A stretch of 64,000 nt of DNA, taken from contig PMBR01000089.1 of NCBI GenBank assembly GCA_003152995.1, positions 45,893 through 109,892 of the forward strand, written 5' to 3'. Under the pieces are notes generated by a model. That model had not been told where the DNA came from, did not search any database, and saw only the letters and a program-made list of their open reading frames with translations. The position numbers and the translations under genes were made by a program. The DNA comes from Chloroflexota bacterium. Its GTDB lineage: Bacteria > Chloroflexota > Limnocylindria > Limnocylindrales > CSP1-4. This document shows positions 17,748 through 28,051 of the stretch, piece after piece (the first letter of the stretch is position 1; every line of letters starts with the position of its first letter).

Positions 17748-19588
17748 CCGGCCCGACTGCGCCCGAACGGCAGCCGACTTCGACCGGTCGTGGTATCACT
17801 CCCGTCGACGTGTCGGTGGGCGGCCCGGCCGCCGAGGCCGGCCAGAACGCCCGGTGGGGCGTCTTCGGACTCGCCGTCCGGTACGGCCACAACCTTGCCC
17901 TCGACGGGGTGACGCTCGAAGTTCCCGCGGGCATCATCACCGCCGTCGTCGGGGCCGACGGTTCGGGCAAGTCGACGCTCCTCAAGGCGCTCGCCGGAGC
18001 GGTCCGGCCCGAGGCAGGCGTGGTGAGGCGCCCCGATCGGCTTCACCTGGGCTTCGTCTCGACCGACCGCGGCGTCTACCGTGACCTGACGACGGTCGAG
18101 AACCTGAGCTTCGCCGGGCGGGCCTATGGGCTGCGCGACGAAGCGCTGGACGAGAAGATCGAAGCCACTCTGCGGCGAATCGGGCTCGTAGGCGCCGAGC
18201 GCCGGCTGGCGGCCCGTCTTTCCGGCGGCATGCGCCAGAAGCTCGCGGTGGCGATGGCCCTGCTCCACGACCCGGCGCTGCTCGTCCTGGACGAACCTAC
18301 GACCGGCATCGACCCGCTGAGCCGGGTCGAGCTCTGGGAACTGATCGCCGAGATCGCGGCGGACGGCACGGCAGTGGCGCTGGCAACCTCGTACGTCGAC
18401 GAGGCGGAGCGTGCCACGCGAGTCCTCGTGCTGTCCCAGGGGCGTCAGCTGGCCTCGGGCGCGCCCGAGGAGATAGTCGCGGCGATGCCGGGAACCGTCT
18501 GGACCTCGGACCGCTGGCTCGGCGGCCGCTCCTGGCGGCGCGGCGCAAGCTGGCGGACGTGGATCGATGCCGGCGCCGTGGTGCCGCCGGGGGCGACCCG
18601 GGCCGACGCCGACCTCGAGGACGCCCTCGTCGTGGCGGAGCTCCAGCGCGAGCCGGCGGGTGCAACTCTCGGAACGGCTGGCACCGGCGCGCCACGCGCC
18701 GCAGCCGACCCCGGGGCGGCTCCGCTGCTCACAGTCCGCGGCGTCGGCCGGCGATTCGGGCAGTTGGAGGCCTTGGCGGACGTGGATCTCGACGTCAAGC
18801 CGGGCGAGGTCGTTGGCTTGATCGGGGCCAACGGGGCGGGCAAGACCACGTTGATCCGCATCGCGCTGGGAGTCGTGCGGCCCACCGCCGGCGAGGCGTC
18901 GCTCTTTGGCGAGGCGCCGAGCCGCGAGATGCGCCGGCGCGTCGGGTACGTGCCCCAGGGGCTGGGACTCTACGACGACCTGACCGTCGCCGAGAACCTG
19001 TCGTTCGTGGCGCGGTCTTTCGGTGTCGCTGACGCACCGGCAACGGACCCGGAGGTGGCGTCATCCCGCGACCGCCTCGTCGGGGAGTTGCCCCTCGGAC
19101 TGCGCCGCCGCGTGGCCTTCGCCGCCACGCTGTCGCATCGCCCCGAACTGCTCGTCCTGGACGAACCCACTTCGGGCGTCGGGGCGCTGGCTCGGGCACG
19201 GCTCTGGGAAGTGATTCGGGCCGCCGCCGAGGGCGGCTCCGGCGTGCTCGTGACGACGCACTACATGAGCGAGGCGAGTCAGTGCGATCGCCTGGTGGTG
19301 CTTATGGCGGGGCGCGCGGCGGCCCGCGGCACGGCTGCGGAGATTGCGGGCGGCCTGGTCACGCAGGAGGTCCTTGCCGAGCCGTGGGATCGACCGTTCC
19401 GCGCCCTCAAGGACGCGGGCCTGCCAGTGGCCCTGGCCGGTCGCCGGATCCGCATCCCGGGCGCCGATCCGACCAGGGTTCGCGCCGCTCTGGCCGACGC
19501 CGGGATTGCGGCCGAGCTTCGTCCTTCGCCCGCAACCTTCGAGGAAGCCTTCGTCTTGCTCGCCCGCGGCGGGAAGGTGGCCGGCTGA
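17744..19588 (+). CDS. ABC transporter ATP-binding protein with two fused ABC domains
   Basis: Two Walker A (GADGSGKST; GANGAGKTT), two signature (LSGGMRQK; and a second LSxG-type) and two Walker B (LLVLDEPT x2) sets. Start overlaps the permease stop. Confidence 0.85.
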   Translation: MTGPTAPERQPTSTGRGITPVDVSVGGPAAEAGQNARWGVFGLAVRYGHNLALDGVTLEVPAGIITAVVGADGSGKSTLLKALAGAVRPEAGVVRRPDRLHLGFVSTDRGVYRDLTTVENLSFAGRAYGLRDEALDEKIEATLRRIGLVGAERRLAARLSGGMRQKLAVAMALLHDPALLVLDEPTTGIDPLSRVELWELIAEIAADGTAVALATSYVDEAERATRVLVLSQGRQLASGAPEEIVAAMPGTVWTSDRWLGGRSWRRGASWRTWIDAGAVVPPGATRADADLEDALVVAELQREPAGATLGTAGTGAPRAAADPGAAPLLTVRGVGRRFGQLEALADVDLDVKPGEVVGLIGANGAGKTTLIRIALGVVRPTAGEASLFGEAPSREMRRRVGYVPQGLGLYDDLTVAENLSFVARSFGVADAPATDPEVASSRDRLVGELPLGLRRRVAFAATLSHRPELLVLDEPTSGVGALARARLWEVIRAAAEGGSGVLVTTHYMSEASQCDRLVVLMAGRAAARGTAAEIAGGLVTQEVLAEPWDRPFRALKDAGLPVALAGRRIRIPGADPTRVRAALADAGIAAELRPSPATFEEAFVLLARGGKVAG

Positions 19589-20223
19589 TGGCGCGGACCG
19601 GCCGCCGACCTGCTCGACCAGCGGACGAGGAGGCGAGCGCCTCGCCGGACACCCGCTCTTCGATCCTCGCTGCCGCCCGGGCTGGCTTCGCGCTGAGCGG
19701 CTATGACGGCGCCTCGACGCGGGCCATTGCAGCCGCCGCCGGTGTCGACGCGGCATTGATCCACCACTACTTCGGCAGTAAGCAGCGCCTCTTCGTCGCC
19801 GCAATGGAGATCCCTTTCGACCCGGACGCGGTTCGGAGGGAGGTGGTCGGCGGACCTCGAGACACGGTCGGCGAGCGGATCGTCCGCTTCTTCCTGGATC
19901 TGTGGGAGGAGCCCGTGCGGCGTCAGATCCTGCTCGGGATGGTCCGCTCGGCGATGACCGATCCTGAGGCCGCGGCGATGGTCCGGCGACTGGTGATCGA
20001 AGGCACGGTCCTGCCGCTCGTGGCCGAAACGGGCGTCACGCAGTCCGCGATGCGGGCCACTCTCGTCGGCAGCCAGCTGATGGGCCTGGCTCTCATTCGC
20101 TACGTCCTGTGCGTCGAGCCCCTGGCCGGCACTCCCGTCGAGACGGTCGTTGCGGCCGTAGGACCGACGATCCAGCGTTACGTGACGGCCCCGATCGAAG
20201 GGCTACCGCCCGGCGCCGACTGA
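19588..20223 (+). CDS. TetR/AcrR-family transcriptional regulator
   Basis: N-terminal TetR HTH (ILAAARAGFALSGYDGASTRAIAAAAGVDAALIHHYFGSK). ATGA overlap with the upstream ATPase stop. Confidence 0.8.
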   Translation: MARTGRRPARPADEEASASPDTRSSILAAARAGFALSGYDGASTRAIAAAAGVDAALIHHYFGSKQRLFVAAMEIPFDPDAVRREVVGGPRDTVGERIVRFFLDLWEEPVRRQILLGMVRSAMTDPEAAAMVRRLVIEGTVLPLVAETGVTQSAMRATLVGSQLMGLALIRYVLCVEPLAGTPVETVVAAVGPTIQRYVTAPIEGLPPGAD

Positions 20224-20331
20224 AGCGGCCGCTGAACGGGCGACCGCTCATCGGGCCGCCACGCCACCGGCCCGTGGCGCGCCGCCGGTGTCCTGCCGAA
20301 TCACGACCGCCCGCCAGAGAGTGGCTCCGGG

Positions 20332-22029
20332 TCAGTCGACGTCGCGCCGCCTCATGCCCCAGGCCCCGAGCATCAGCCCACCGACCGCAAGGACCAGGCA
20401 CGCCACGACCCCCGCCGGATCCCAGTTCCCGACCATCGTCTGCCCCAAATGGGACGTCAGCGCCAGCTGGTGGAACCAGTCGGGCAGATTCAGCGGCGGA
20501 GCGAGGAAGTCGATCAGGAAGGTGGCGATGACGAAGGTGGCCGCGATTTCGCCGGCCATCGTGTTGCGGAACAGGCCACCGACGGCGAAGCCGACACCTG
20601 CCGCCGCCGCCGCATACAGCCCGATAATCAGGCCGCCTGCCACCGGCGTCAGCACGTCGCCGCTCGCGGACGCGACGCCGACCGCAACCCCGAGCATGGC
20701 CAGTCCGGTCATCACAACGATGGCTCCGAAGACGCCGATCCCGCCTGCGATCGCCCAGCGCGCCCGACCCAGCGGGCTCGCAAGGAGCAACTCGAGCCGG
20801 TGGCCGTTCTCATCCGAAGCCCAGCCGGACACGAACCCAGCGGCGGCCAGGCCGGCCACCACATAACCGATGTACGCGTAGAGCAACTGCAGGAAGCCGC
20901 CGCCCGAGGTGATGTCGTAACCCTTGAAGACGGTCGTGAGTAGCTTTGTCGTGTCGGGCGAGTTCGTCAGGGTATCCGCGAAGGACTTGCTGGACGCCGC
21001 AATCAGGGCCGCGAAAGCTGCCAGACCGAGCCCCCATGCCAACGCCTGGGGCAGCCGCTCGCCAAAGGAGCGGCCTGTCGGACCGCGCACGCCCAGCAGA
21101 GCGCCTGGCATGGCGGGCACCGGGATGGCGCTGGTGGAACCGAGATCGCGTCGATCGAACGCCCAGACACCGACGGCGAACAGGACCACCACGACGATTG
21201 CGACCGGCACTAGGGAAAGCCAGTCGTATTGCGCGGCGAGGGGGAGATGACTCGCGGTCCAGTGGAACCACGAGAAGTCCGCCGGTATCTGCAGTGCGGG
21301 CACCGAGGCCGAGTAACCGCTGACCGCATAGCCGCCCAGCAGGAACGCTCCAGCCACGCCGGCGGCGCTGGCGCGGCCAACGAAAGGTGCGAGCGCCCAT
21401 GCCACCGAACCGGAGACGAGGCCGATGAGCGCAACCCAAAGGGCGAAGCCGACGGCCGCCTCGACCGGCAGTGCATCGCCGGGGACGGTGGCGAAGCCCT
21501 GTGTGCCGGCATAGGTGACTATTGCCAGGAACGCGCAGGCGGCGACCATCCCGGTAACGTGCGCGGCCAGCTTCTCGAGAGCTATTCGCCGCTTGCCGAA
21601 CGGCGCCGCCGCGACCATGTCAAGACTGCCGCGGTTCGCTTCCGAGGCCAACGTTCCGGACAGAGCCATGATCGACCACAGCCCGGCGATCATCCCGAAG
21701 AACGGTCCGTACTTCCACGACAGGTAGCCGCCCAGCGTCCCGATGTTGACGGGGTTGTTCGTGAGGCCCTTGAACGCCTCGGGCATGCTGTTCACGAAGT
21801 TCGCCATATCCACACGGGACGCCGGGGTCGGGTAGGCGCTGGCGATGGCATAGGCCCCGGCCAGCATCATCCCGCCCATGAGCCCGGCGACGATCAAGAA
21901 CGCCATGCGCGAGTCGCGGATGGTCTTGGCATAGATGCTGCCGAAGCCGTAGAAGCGGCTCCAGGGCGAAACGGTGGCCGTCCGCCCGAGCGGTCCGAGC
22001 GGCGGGCGGCCCGCTTCGACGGCCATCAC
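20332..22029 (-). CDS. ABC exporter permease (large, about 12 TM, ABC-2-like)
   Basis: Highly hydrophobic 565-aa protein translationally coupled (ATGA overlap) to the upstream ATPase. Confidence 0.65.
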   Translation of the reverse strand: MMAVEAGRPPLGPLGRTATVSPWSRFYGFGSIYAKTIRDSRMAFLIVAGLMGGMMLAGAYAIASAYPTPASRVDMANFVNSMPEAFKGLTNNPVNIGTLGGYLSWKYGPFFGMIAGLWSIMALSGTLASEANRGSLDMVAAAPFGKRRIALEKLAAHVTGMVAACAFLAIVTYAGTQGFATVPGDALPVEAAVGFALWVALIGLVSGSVAWALAPFVGRASAAGVAGAFLLGGYAVSGYSASVPALQIPADFSWFHWTASHLPLAAQYDWLSLVPVAIVVVVLFAVGVWAFDRRDLGSTSAIPVPAMPGALLGVRGPTGRSFGERLPQALAWGLGLAAFAALIAASSKSFADTLTNSPDTTKLLTTVFKGYDITSGGGFLQLLYAYIGYVVAGLAAAGFVSGWASDENGHRLELLLASPLGRARWAIAGGIGVFGAIVVMTGLAMLGVAVGVASASGDVLTPVAGGLIIGLYAAAAAGVGFAVGGLFRNTMAGEIAATFVIATFLIDFLAPPLNLPDWFHQLALTSHLGQTMVGNWDPAGVVACLVLAVGGLMLGAWGMRRRDVD

Positions 22030-22929
22030 TTCACCTCGGTGGTCTCGCGGCCGTACTGGGCCAGGAACGTCTCTTCGAGGCTCGGCTCGCGGCTCAGGAA
22101 GTCGGTCACGCCCAGGCGGGCCGCGGCCTGGACCACGGGCGTGATGGGGCCGAGGACGCGCAGTTTGAGCCTGTGATCCTCGACCTCGACGTCGCTGACG
22201 CCGGCCAGTTCCTTGAACTCCGCGGTCGGCGGATCGCCCGCGAACCGGAGTTCGACCTGATGGTGGGCCAGATCGCGCAGCGCATCCACGCGGTCGACCC
22301 GGACAATGCGACCGTCACGGATGATGGCCACGCGGTCGCAGCTCCGTTCGACCTCACTCAGGATGTGGCTCGAAAGAAAGACCGTCCCGCCGTCGGCCAC
22401 TCGCTCGCGCAGCAGCGAGAAGAAGGTCTGCTGGACGAGAGGATCCAGCCCGGAGGTTGGCTCATCGAGGAGGAGCAATTCGGGCTTGTTCTGCAGCGCG
22501 GCGACGAGGCCGACCTTCTGCTTGTTGCCCTTCGAGTATTCACGGAAGCGGCGGCTCGGGTCGAGATCGAACCGCTCGATCAGCTGGGCCTGGTAGGCAC
22601 CATCCACGCCGCCGCGCAGGTTGCCGAAGTATTGGAGCGTCTGTCCGCCCGTGAGTCGGTCGTACAGCGCGAACTCGCCGGGCAGGTAGCCGAGCCGGCG
22701 GTGGATCGCCGCCGGGTCGGCCGAAGACTCGATCTCGAAGACGTATGCCTTGCCGCTGGTCGGACGAATCAGGTCGAGCAGGAGGCGGATGGTCGTCGTC
22801 TTGCCGGCGCCGTTTGGCCCGAGGAAGCCAAAAACCTCGCCCTTGTCGACCTCGAGGTCCACGTCGACGATTCCGCGGTGCGAACCGTAGAACTTGGTGA
22901 GTTTCTCGGTTCGAATGACGGCGGCCATG
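22026..22929 (-). CDS. ABC transporter ATP-binding protein
   Basis: Walker A GPNGAGKTT, signature YSKGNKQK, Walker B LLLLDEPTSGLD. AAGGAG lies upstream of ATG (complement 22929). The longer ORF to 23111 has no support. Confidence 0.85.
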
Positions 22930-23034
22930 CGGCTCCTTGATAACGAGGATTCGTTCCCGAATTCTCGTCCTTTCGGAGCTTCCGGTCCACGGCCCAGCCG
23001 GTCGACCCGACCGGGCCGCAACACCTCGCCGTTG

Positions 23035-23973
23035 TCAGCCGCCGATCGACGTCCCGCAGACGACATCTCCGCTGACGTGGATCGTGTGTGTCTTCGCGCC
23101 CTTGGCGACATTCTGTTCCAGGAGGTCGCCGTCGACGTGGGCTCCGTTCGCCGTCAGCGTCGCCTGCGCCGTACTCGTGTTCCGATAGAACCCATCGCCG
23201 GACAACGACGCGCTCATCGTGCCGGGAGAGACGAAGAAGACCACATACGTTGGAGTCGAGCCGACCTGGACGACGCCCAGGACCGAGACGCTCTGGCCGT
23301 AGGTGTTCGTGACGCACTCGACGTTGACCGGACTCAGACCTCCGCTGAGCATCCCTTTGGGCGTGGGCCCGCTGAACGCGGCGGTGGAGGAGCCCGGCAT
23401 CTGGTTGCCACAGTCCACGGTGCCACTGATGGAGGTGAAGACGCCGAGGCTGCCGTGGGCGTCGTTGTTCGGCACCTCGGTCAGCTGCGAATCAATCGTG
23501 GCGCCGGTGGCGGCGTCGAACTTGGTGACACCGGTCCCGGCGAAATCACGCTCGATGTATGTCGATCCGGATCCCGAGTCGTACCGCACGCTGACGCTGC
23601 CGGCCTGCACGAAGATGTAGACCGACAGGTTCGGGTCCGCCGGCCGGCCCAGGACGCTGATCTGCAGACCATCGGTCGACGGCAGGCTGCACCGAACCCC
23701 GGCGCTGCTCACAGCGACGGCCGTCCCAGCCGAGCCGGTCAGCGTCAGTTGCTGTGTTGCCGGTCCCAGGGTCGGCGCTGGAGTGGCGACAGGGATGGGC
23801 GTGCTCGTCGGAACCGCATTCGCGGTTGCGGTCGCGGTCGCTCCTGCGGCGGTGGCGACCGGGGCCGGCGTCGTGGCCGAGCCTGAGCAGGCCGCCACGA
23901 GCAGACCGGCCGCCAGAAACAGGATTGAGGCGTGCCGCGACGGGGCGGCCGGACGAATCCCACTCGGGGCCAT
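23035..23973 (-). CDS. Hypothetical secreted lipoprotein
   Basis: Lipobox LLVAAC after a signal peptide, a Thr/Ala/Pro-rich linker and a C-terminal domain with four Cys. AGGAGG lies 6 nt upstream of ATG (complement 23973). Confidence 0.5.
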   Translation of the reverse strand: MAPSGIRPAAPSRHASILFLAAGLLVAACSGSATTPAPVATAAGATATATANAVPTSTPIPVATPAPTLGPATQQLTLTGSAGTAVAVSSAGVRCSLPSTDGLQISVLGRPADPNLSVYIFVQAGSVSVRYDSGSGSTYIERDFAGTGVTKFDAATGATIDSQLTEVPNNDAHGSLGVFTSISGTVDCGNQMPGSSTAAFSGPTPKGMLSGGLSPVNVECVTNTYGQSVSVLGVVQVGSTPTYVVFFVSPGTMSASLSGDGFYRNTSTAQATLTANGAHVDGDLLEQNVAKGAKTHTIHVSGDVVCGTSIGG

Positions 23974-24299
23974 GAGTCCTCCTGTAGCCGGCACTGCGCC
24001 GGAGTGCAATTCGATGGGCTACTCCCTGTCTACTCCTATCGGCAGGCACTCGCCCGTGCGGATGGGCTGAGTGCGAGGCGCGCAACGTACGGGAGAGGGC
24101 CAGCCAGAACAGGTGGGCCGCAGAGCTCACGGCAGGCGGTGTGCGGTGCACGAACGCGCCAGAGAATCGCGCCACTCGCGCCAGGCCGGGTCACGTCGCG
24201 GCCGCGGCTGACACGCTGGCTCCTCGAGGCTATTGCGGTGCCGGAGTAACAGGGTAGGATGCACCGGGATGCGTTGAGGTAGGCGCGTTCCTTCTTGTC

Positions 24300-26252
24300 T
24301 TGGCAGGAGGATCCGGATTGATCACGGGGGACGGCAAGGTGGGCTGGCGTTCCAAGCTGGCGATCGAGATCCGCTTGATCGACAAACGGGCGCTTTGGGG
24401 CGGCGGCGCGGCGCTTCTGGCCGTTGCTGCGCTGGGAGCCGCCTCCAATGTGCTCGGTCTCCCGATCGCGGGTGCCCCATCGACGCTCATGTCGGTCGTC
24501 GCGGCAGATCTGGGCCTCGTGCTGGTAGCCCTCGGCCTGCTGGCTCCGACCGAGCATGCGACGACTGCGACTGGAGTCTCCGAAGCCGAGGCGGCGCCCA
24601 CGGCCGCGTCCGCCGACGTTCTTCCGGTCGAACCGGAGCCCGTCGCCGTCCGCCTCAAGGCCCGCAGACCCGCCGCTGCCCGGCTGGCGCCCGCCGACGA
24701 GAAGCGCTACCGCGAGCTGGAGATATTTGCCGGGCGCGGTCCGGTCCCGCCCTCCGCCCTCGACGCTCTTTGGGAATCGCAAGGCCTCTCTCCCGAGGGA
24801 GTCGCTCGGTTGAGCGCCGAGCTCATCGACCGCTCGCTGGTCGGGCGCGGGGACGACGGCCTGCTTGTCGGCGGCGAGCCGTCGGGCGCGAGAAGTCTTG
24901 TCGCGGCCCACGGCCGTCTGGTCGATGGCTACCGATCTCGCTGCACCGACGGATCGTGGTCGCAGGGCCCGGACGACGGATACTTCTTCGACAACATCAC
25001 GTACCACATGGCGCAGGCAAATCGAGCCCAGGAGCTAAATCGCCTGCTCCTCGATTACGACTGGCTTCGCGCGAAGCTTGCCGTCCGCGGCATCATCAGA
25101 CTCCTCGCCGACTTTGCACAGCAGCCCATGACGGCCGACGTCGAGGCGGTCGACCGCGCGCTCGTGCTTTCGGCTGCCTGCCTTGCGGCTCGTCCGGACC
25201 GCTTGGCCTCAAACCTGGCAAGCCGGCTCGTTGGCTCGCCCAGCCCCGGAATCGATCGCCTGCTCGGAGAAATGCGCGAACGTGCCCCAAGGCCCTGGAT
25301 TTGCCCGGTCTCGCCGGCACAGACCTCGTCCCGCAAGTCCCCGCAGCGTGAAATGCTCCGCCATGACGGCCCGGTCCGAGCGCTGGCGATCACACCGGAT
25401 GGACGCCGCCTGATTACGGGCGGCGACGATCACACGATCCGGATCTGTGACCTGGCGACCGGCCGGCTCGAACGCACGCTGCGAGGGCACACGGATTCGG
25501 TGCGGGCAGTGGCGGTGACTCCGGACGGCCGTCGCATCGTTTCGGGCGGCGCCTATGACACCGTTCGGGTTTGGGACCTGGCCAGCGGCCAGTTCGTACA
25601 CGCGATTGCGGGTCAGGGCGGATACCGCGCAGTGAATGCGGTGGCGGTGGCGCCCGACGGTGGAAAGATCGTCTGGGGCGGCGCGGGCGCCGCCGTCCAG
25701 GTGTGGGACCTCACGAACGGCCGGGTCGAACACACGATCACAAGCGACGATCCCACGGTCCGAACGGTGGCGATCACACCGAACGGCCAGTTCGTCCTTT
25801 CTGGGGGCGACGGCGGCACGATCCAGGTGTGGGACCTCGCGAGCGGGCGGCTGGTCCGCGCCATCGACGGCCACACCAGTCCCGTGTTCTCGGTCGCGGT
25901 TACCCCCGACGGGAGTCGGGTCGTCTCGGGCGGCCACGACAACACCGTCAAGGTCTGGGAGCTCGATAGCGGCCGGCTGGAACTGACGCTCTGGGGTCAC
26001 ACCGGACCGGTGGACAAGCTGGCGGTTACGCCGGACGGCAAGCGGATCGTCTCCGGCGGTCAGGACAAGCAGGTCCGGATCTGGGATATGTCCAGCGGCC
26101 AGGCGATCGCCTCCTGGAACCCCGATCCAGACCCGGAATCCGGGCCCGGCGCCACAATCATGGCTCTCTGCCCGGTTCCGAAGGATCCCACGCGGGTCGT
26201 TTGCGGCGATTCCGCCGGCGGCGTTCAGGTCCTTCGGCTGCTCGAGGCGTAG
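24300..26252 (+). CDS. Membrane-anchored WD40-repeat protein with NB-ARC/APAF-1-like winged-helix + helical (HD2) module but no NTPase domain
   Basis: Two predicted N-terminal TM helices. Residues about 150-330 resemble the WH/HD2 region of STAND NTPases (YRELEIFAGRGPVPPSALDALW ... FFDNITYHMAQA ... LLDYDWLRAKL). Seven C-terminal WD40 blades follow (GH..SV.AVA.TPDGRR.VSGG.D.TVRVWDL...). Start is uncertain: TTG 24300 or 24318 (GGAGGA upstream), or GTG 24342. Confidence 0.75.
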   Translation: MAGGSGLITGDGKVGWRSKLAIEIRLIDKRALWGGGAALLAVAALGAASNVLGLPIAGAPSTLMSVVAADLGLVLVALGLLAPTEHATTATGVSEAEAAPTAASADVLPVEPEPVAVRLKARRPAAARLAPADEKRYRELEIFAGRGPVPPSALDALWESQGLSPEGVARLSAELIDRSLVGRGDDGLLVGGEPSGARSLVAAHGRLVDGYRSRCTDGSWSQGPDDGYFFDNITYHMAQANRAQELNRLLLDYDWLRAKLAVRGIIRLLADFAQQPMTADVEAVDRALVLSAACLAARPDRLASNLASRLVGSPSPGIDRLLGEMRERAPRPWICPVSPAQTSSRKSPQREMLRHDGPVRALAITPDGRRLITGGDDHTIRICDLATGRLERTLRGHTDSVRAVAVTPDGRRIVSGGAYDTVRVWDLASGQFVHAIAGQGGYRAVNAVAVAPDGGKIVWGGAGAAVQVWDLTNGRVEHTITSDDPTVRTVAITPNGQFVLSGGDGGTIQVWDLASGRLVRAIDGHTSPVFSVAVTPDGSRVVSGGHDNTVKVWELDSGRLELTLWGHTGPVDKLAVTPDGKRIVSGGQDKQVRIWDMSSGQAIASWNPDPDPESGPGATIMALCPVPKDPTRVVCGDSAGGVQVLRLLEA

Positions 26253-26500
26253 ATCCGCGCCGCTGCCCGAAGAGTCTCGAGATGTCCTGAGGGCGGGCGG
26301 GCTTGTCCGCACTCGGCGACAAACCCGTTCCTGGCGGGCGCGGCCCGTCTCACGAGGCAGTTCGAGCGTCGCGTTGCCGGCCGCGCGCGGGTAGCCTCTG
26401 AGGATCCAACGACGGGCCAGCCGTGCGGTCTGGGACGACTGCTCGCGCGGAGCCCCAGGAGCAAGCCGTGCTTGGTTCACTCGGGAGAGGCGACCTGTCG

Positions 26501-27166
26501 ATGACGCGTCGATGGCGCGTGCTAATCGTTGCCTCCGTCGCCCTGGTGGTGGCCGCCTATCCGAGCGCAACGGCCCCGTCGTCGGTTCCACTCTCCTACG
26601 TGGCCGGCATCACAGCGACGCCGCTCCCCTCTTCGACGACAGCGCCGACTCTCGCAACCACTGCCGTGCCGGCGGTGGCCGCGTCCCCGACGGAGACCCA
26701 GATCTCGCCGCCCACCAGCGCTCAGACGGGGTCAACACCGGCGCCGCAGCCGCTCTGCAGCGCCTCGCAGCTCCGGGCCGCGGTCAGCGTTTGGACGACT
26801 GCCCCGGGCGTCACCACGGGGCGCGTCGTTGCCACAAATGTGTCCACGACACTTTGCTACATGCGCGGCGAAGCCCAAGCCCAGATGGTCGACGGCGTCG
26901 GGCACGTCCTCGCCGACTCGGGCGCGGCGTCCGCGCGAATAGCGTCCGACGACCCCTACTACGCGTTGGGTCCGGGCGACCGAATTGGCACCACGGTGGA
27001 ATGGGGCAACTGGTGCCCGAGAGGACCATCCCAGCCGGTGACGATTGCATTCGTCCTGCCTCTTGACCTGGGTCGGTTCGTCTCGAGCACCGGCCCTCAT
27101 ACCCCGGTTCCGACCTGCACGGGGTCGGACGACACGACCGCCAGTTCCGCCAGGTGGACGCCTTAG
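26501..27166 (+). CDS. Hypothetical secreted protein, paralog A (possibly DUF4232-like)
   Basis: Signal peptide and Thr/Pro/Ala linker, then a conserved C-terminal domain with four Cys (LC.AS.L...NVS...C.MRG...DP.Y.L.PG...W.NWC...TC) shared with the next gene. GGGAGAGG RBS. Confidence 0.55.
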   Translation: MTRRWRVLIVASVALVVAAYPSATAPSSVPLSYVAGITATPLPSSTTAPTLATTAVPAVAASPTETQISPPTSAQTGSTPAPQPLCSASQLRAAVSVWTTAPGVTTGRVVATNVSTTLCYMRGEAQAQMVDGVGHVLADSGAASARIASDDPYYALGPGDRIGTTVEWGNWCPRGPSQPVTIAFVLPLDLGRFVSSTGPHTPVPTCTGSDDTTASSARWTP

Positions 27167-27316
27167 CCGCTGGATCGCCCGGACGTCTCACCGCGCAGCC
27201 CGATCGACATATTCGAAAGTGCGGCGGCTCCGCGCGAACAAGAATTCGAAGACTCCGATCCAAATGCGTCCCAGGGAACCCCGGAGAGCGGTGATCGGCA
27301 GCCGGGAGAAGCGTCG

Positions 27317-28051
27317 ATGCAGCTGCTACCAGGTTCGTCAGGCCTGCCAGGTCATGGAAGTCCCCGTCTGTTTGTCGCGGTCTGTGTCGCCCTCCTGGTC
27401 GCCGGTTGCGCGGCCAGCTCCGTGACACCGCCCGCTGCAACGGACACGGGCGCGGCGGCTGCTGCGCCGACTGCGACCGGGACGACCACTCCCACCGACA
27501 CGACTGCTCCCACCGACACGACTGCTCCCACCGATACGCCGGCCCCGGTTCCGACAGACACGCCGGCTCCAACGCCCACTGCGCCGCCTGCCGCCACGGC
27601 AGCCCCGACGGCCTTGCCGCCTCTGGCGGTCGGGCTATGCAGGGCCTCCGCGCTCAAGCTCGCAATCACTCTGTGGGAGGGTTCCACCGGCACTTCCTAC
27701 GCTCACGTCACCGCCACGAACAAGTCATCCGTGAGCTGCAACATGCGGGGCACGTCCGAGGCCCGGATCGCGGACGCACACGGCAACATCATCGGCGACG
27801 CCGGATCCGCCGCAGCCAGGGTCGTCTCGAGCGACCCGATCTACCCGCTGGCCCCGGGCGGCTCGATCAACACCATCATCCAGTGGGCCAACTGGTGCCA
27901 TTCGGCTCCCGCGCAGAAGGTATTCGTCGCAATGGTTCTGCCCTTCGGGCTGGGCGGCTTCGTCTCGAAGCCTCTCGGGAACGCGCCGATCCCGACCTGC
28001 TATGCGTCGAGCCAGAAGACGCAGGTGAGCTCGGAGGCCTGGCTGCCGTAG
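27317..28051 (+). CDS. Hypothetical lipoprotein, paralog B (possibly DUF4232-like)
   Basis: Lipobox LLVAGC, a TDTTAP repeat linker and the same four-Cys C-terminal domain as 26501..27166. Confidence 0.55.
   Translation: MQLLPGSSGLPGHGSPRLFVAVCVALLVAGCAASSVTPPAATDTGAAAAAPTATGTTTPTDTTAPTDTTAPTDTPAPVPTDTPAPTPTAPPAATAAPTALPPLAVGLCRASALKLAITLWEGSTGTSYAHVTATNKSSVSCNMRGTSEARIADAHGNIIGDAGSAAARVVSSDPIYPLAPGGSINTIIQWANWCHSAPAQKVFVAMVLPFGLGGFVSKPLGNAPIPTCYASSQKTQVSSEAWLP

Noticed and set aside
25209-26591. 460-aa minus-strand ORF opposite the WD40 gene
   Set aside because: Antisense artefact: the repetitive WD40 codons give an open antisense frame. The translation is Arg/Asp-rich with no fold.
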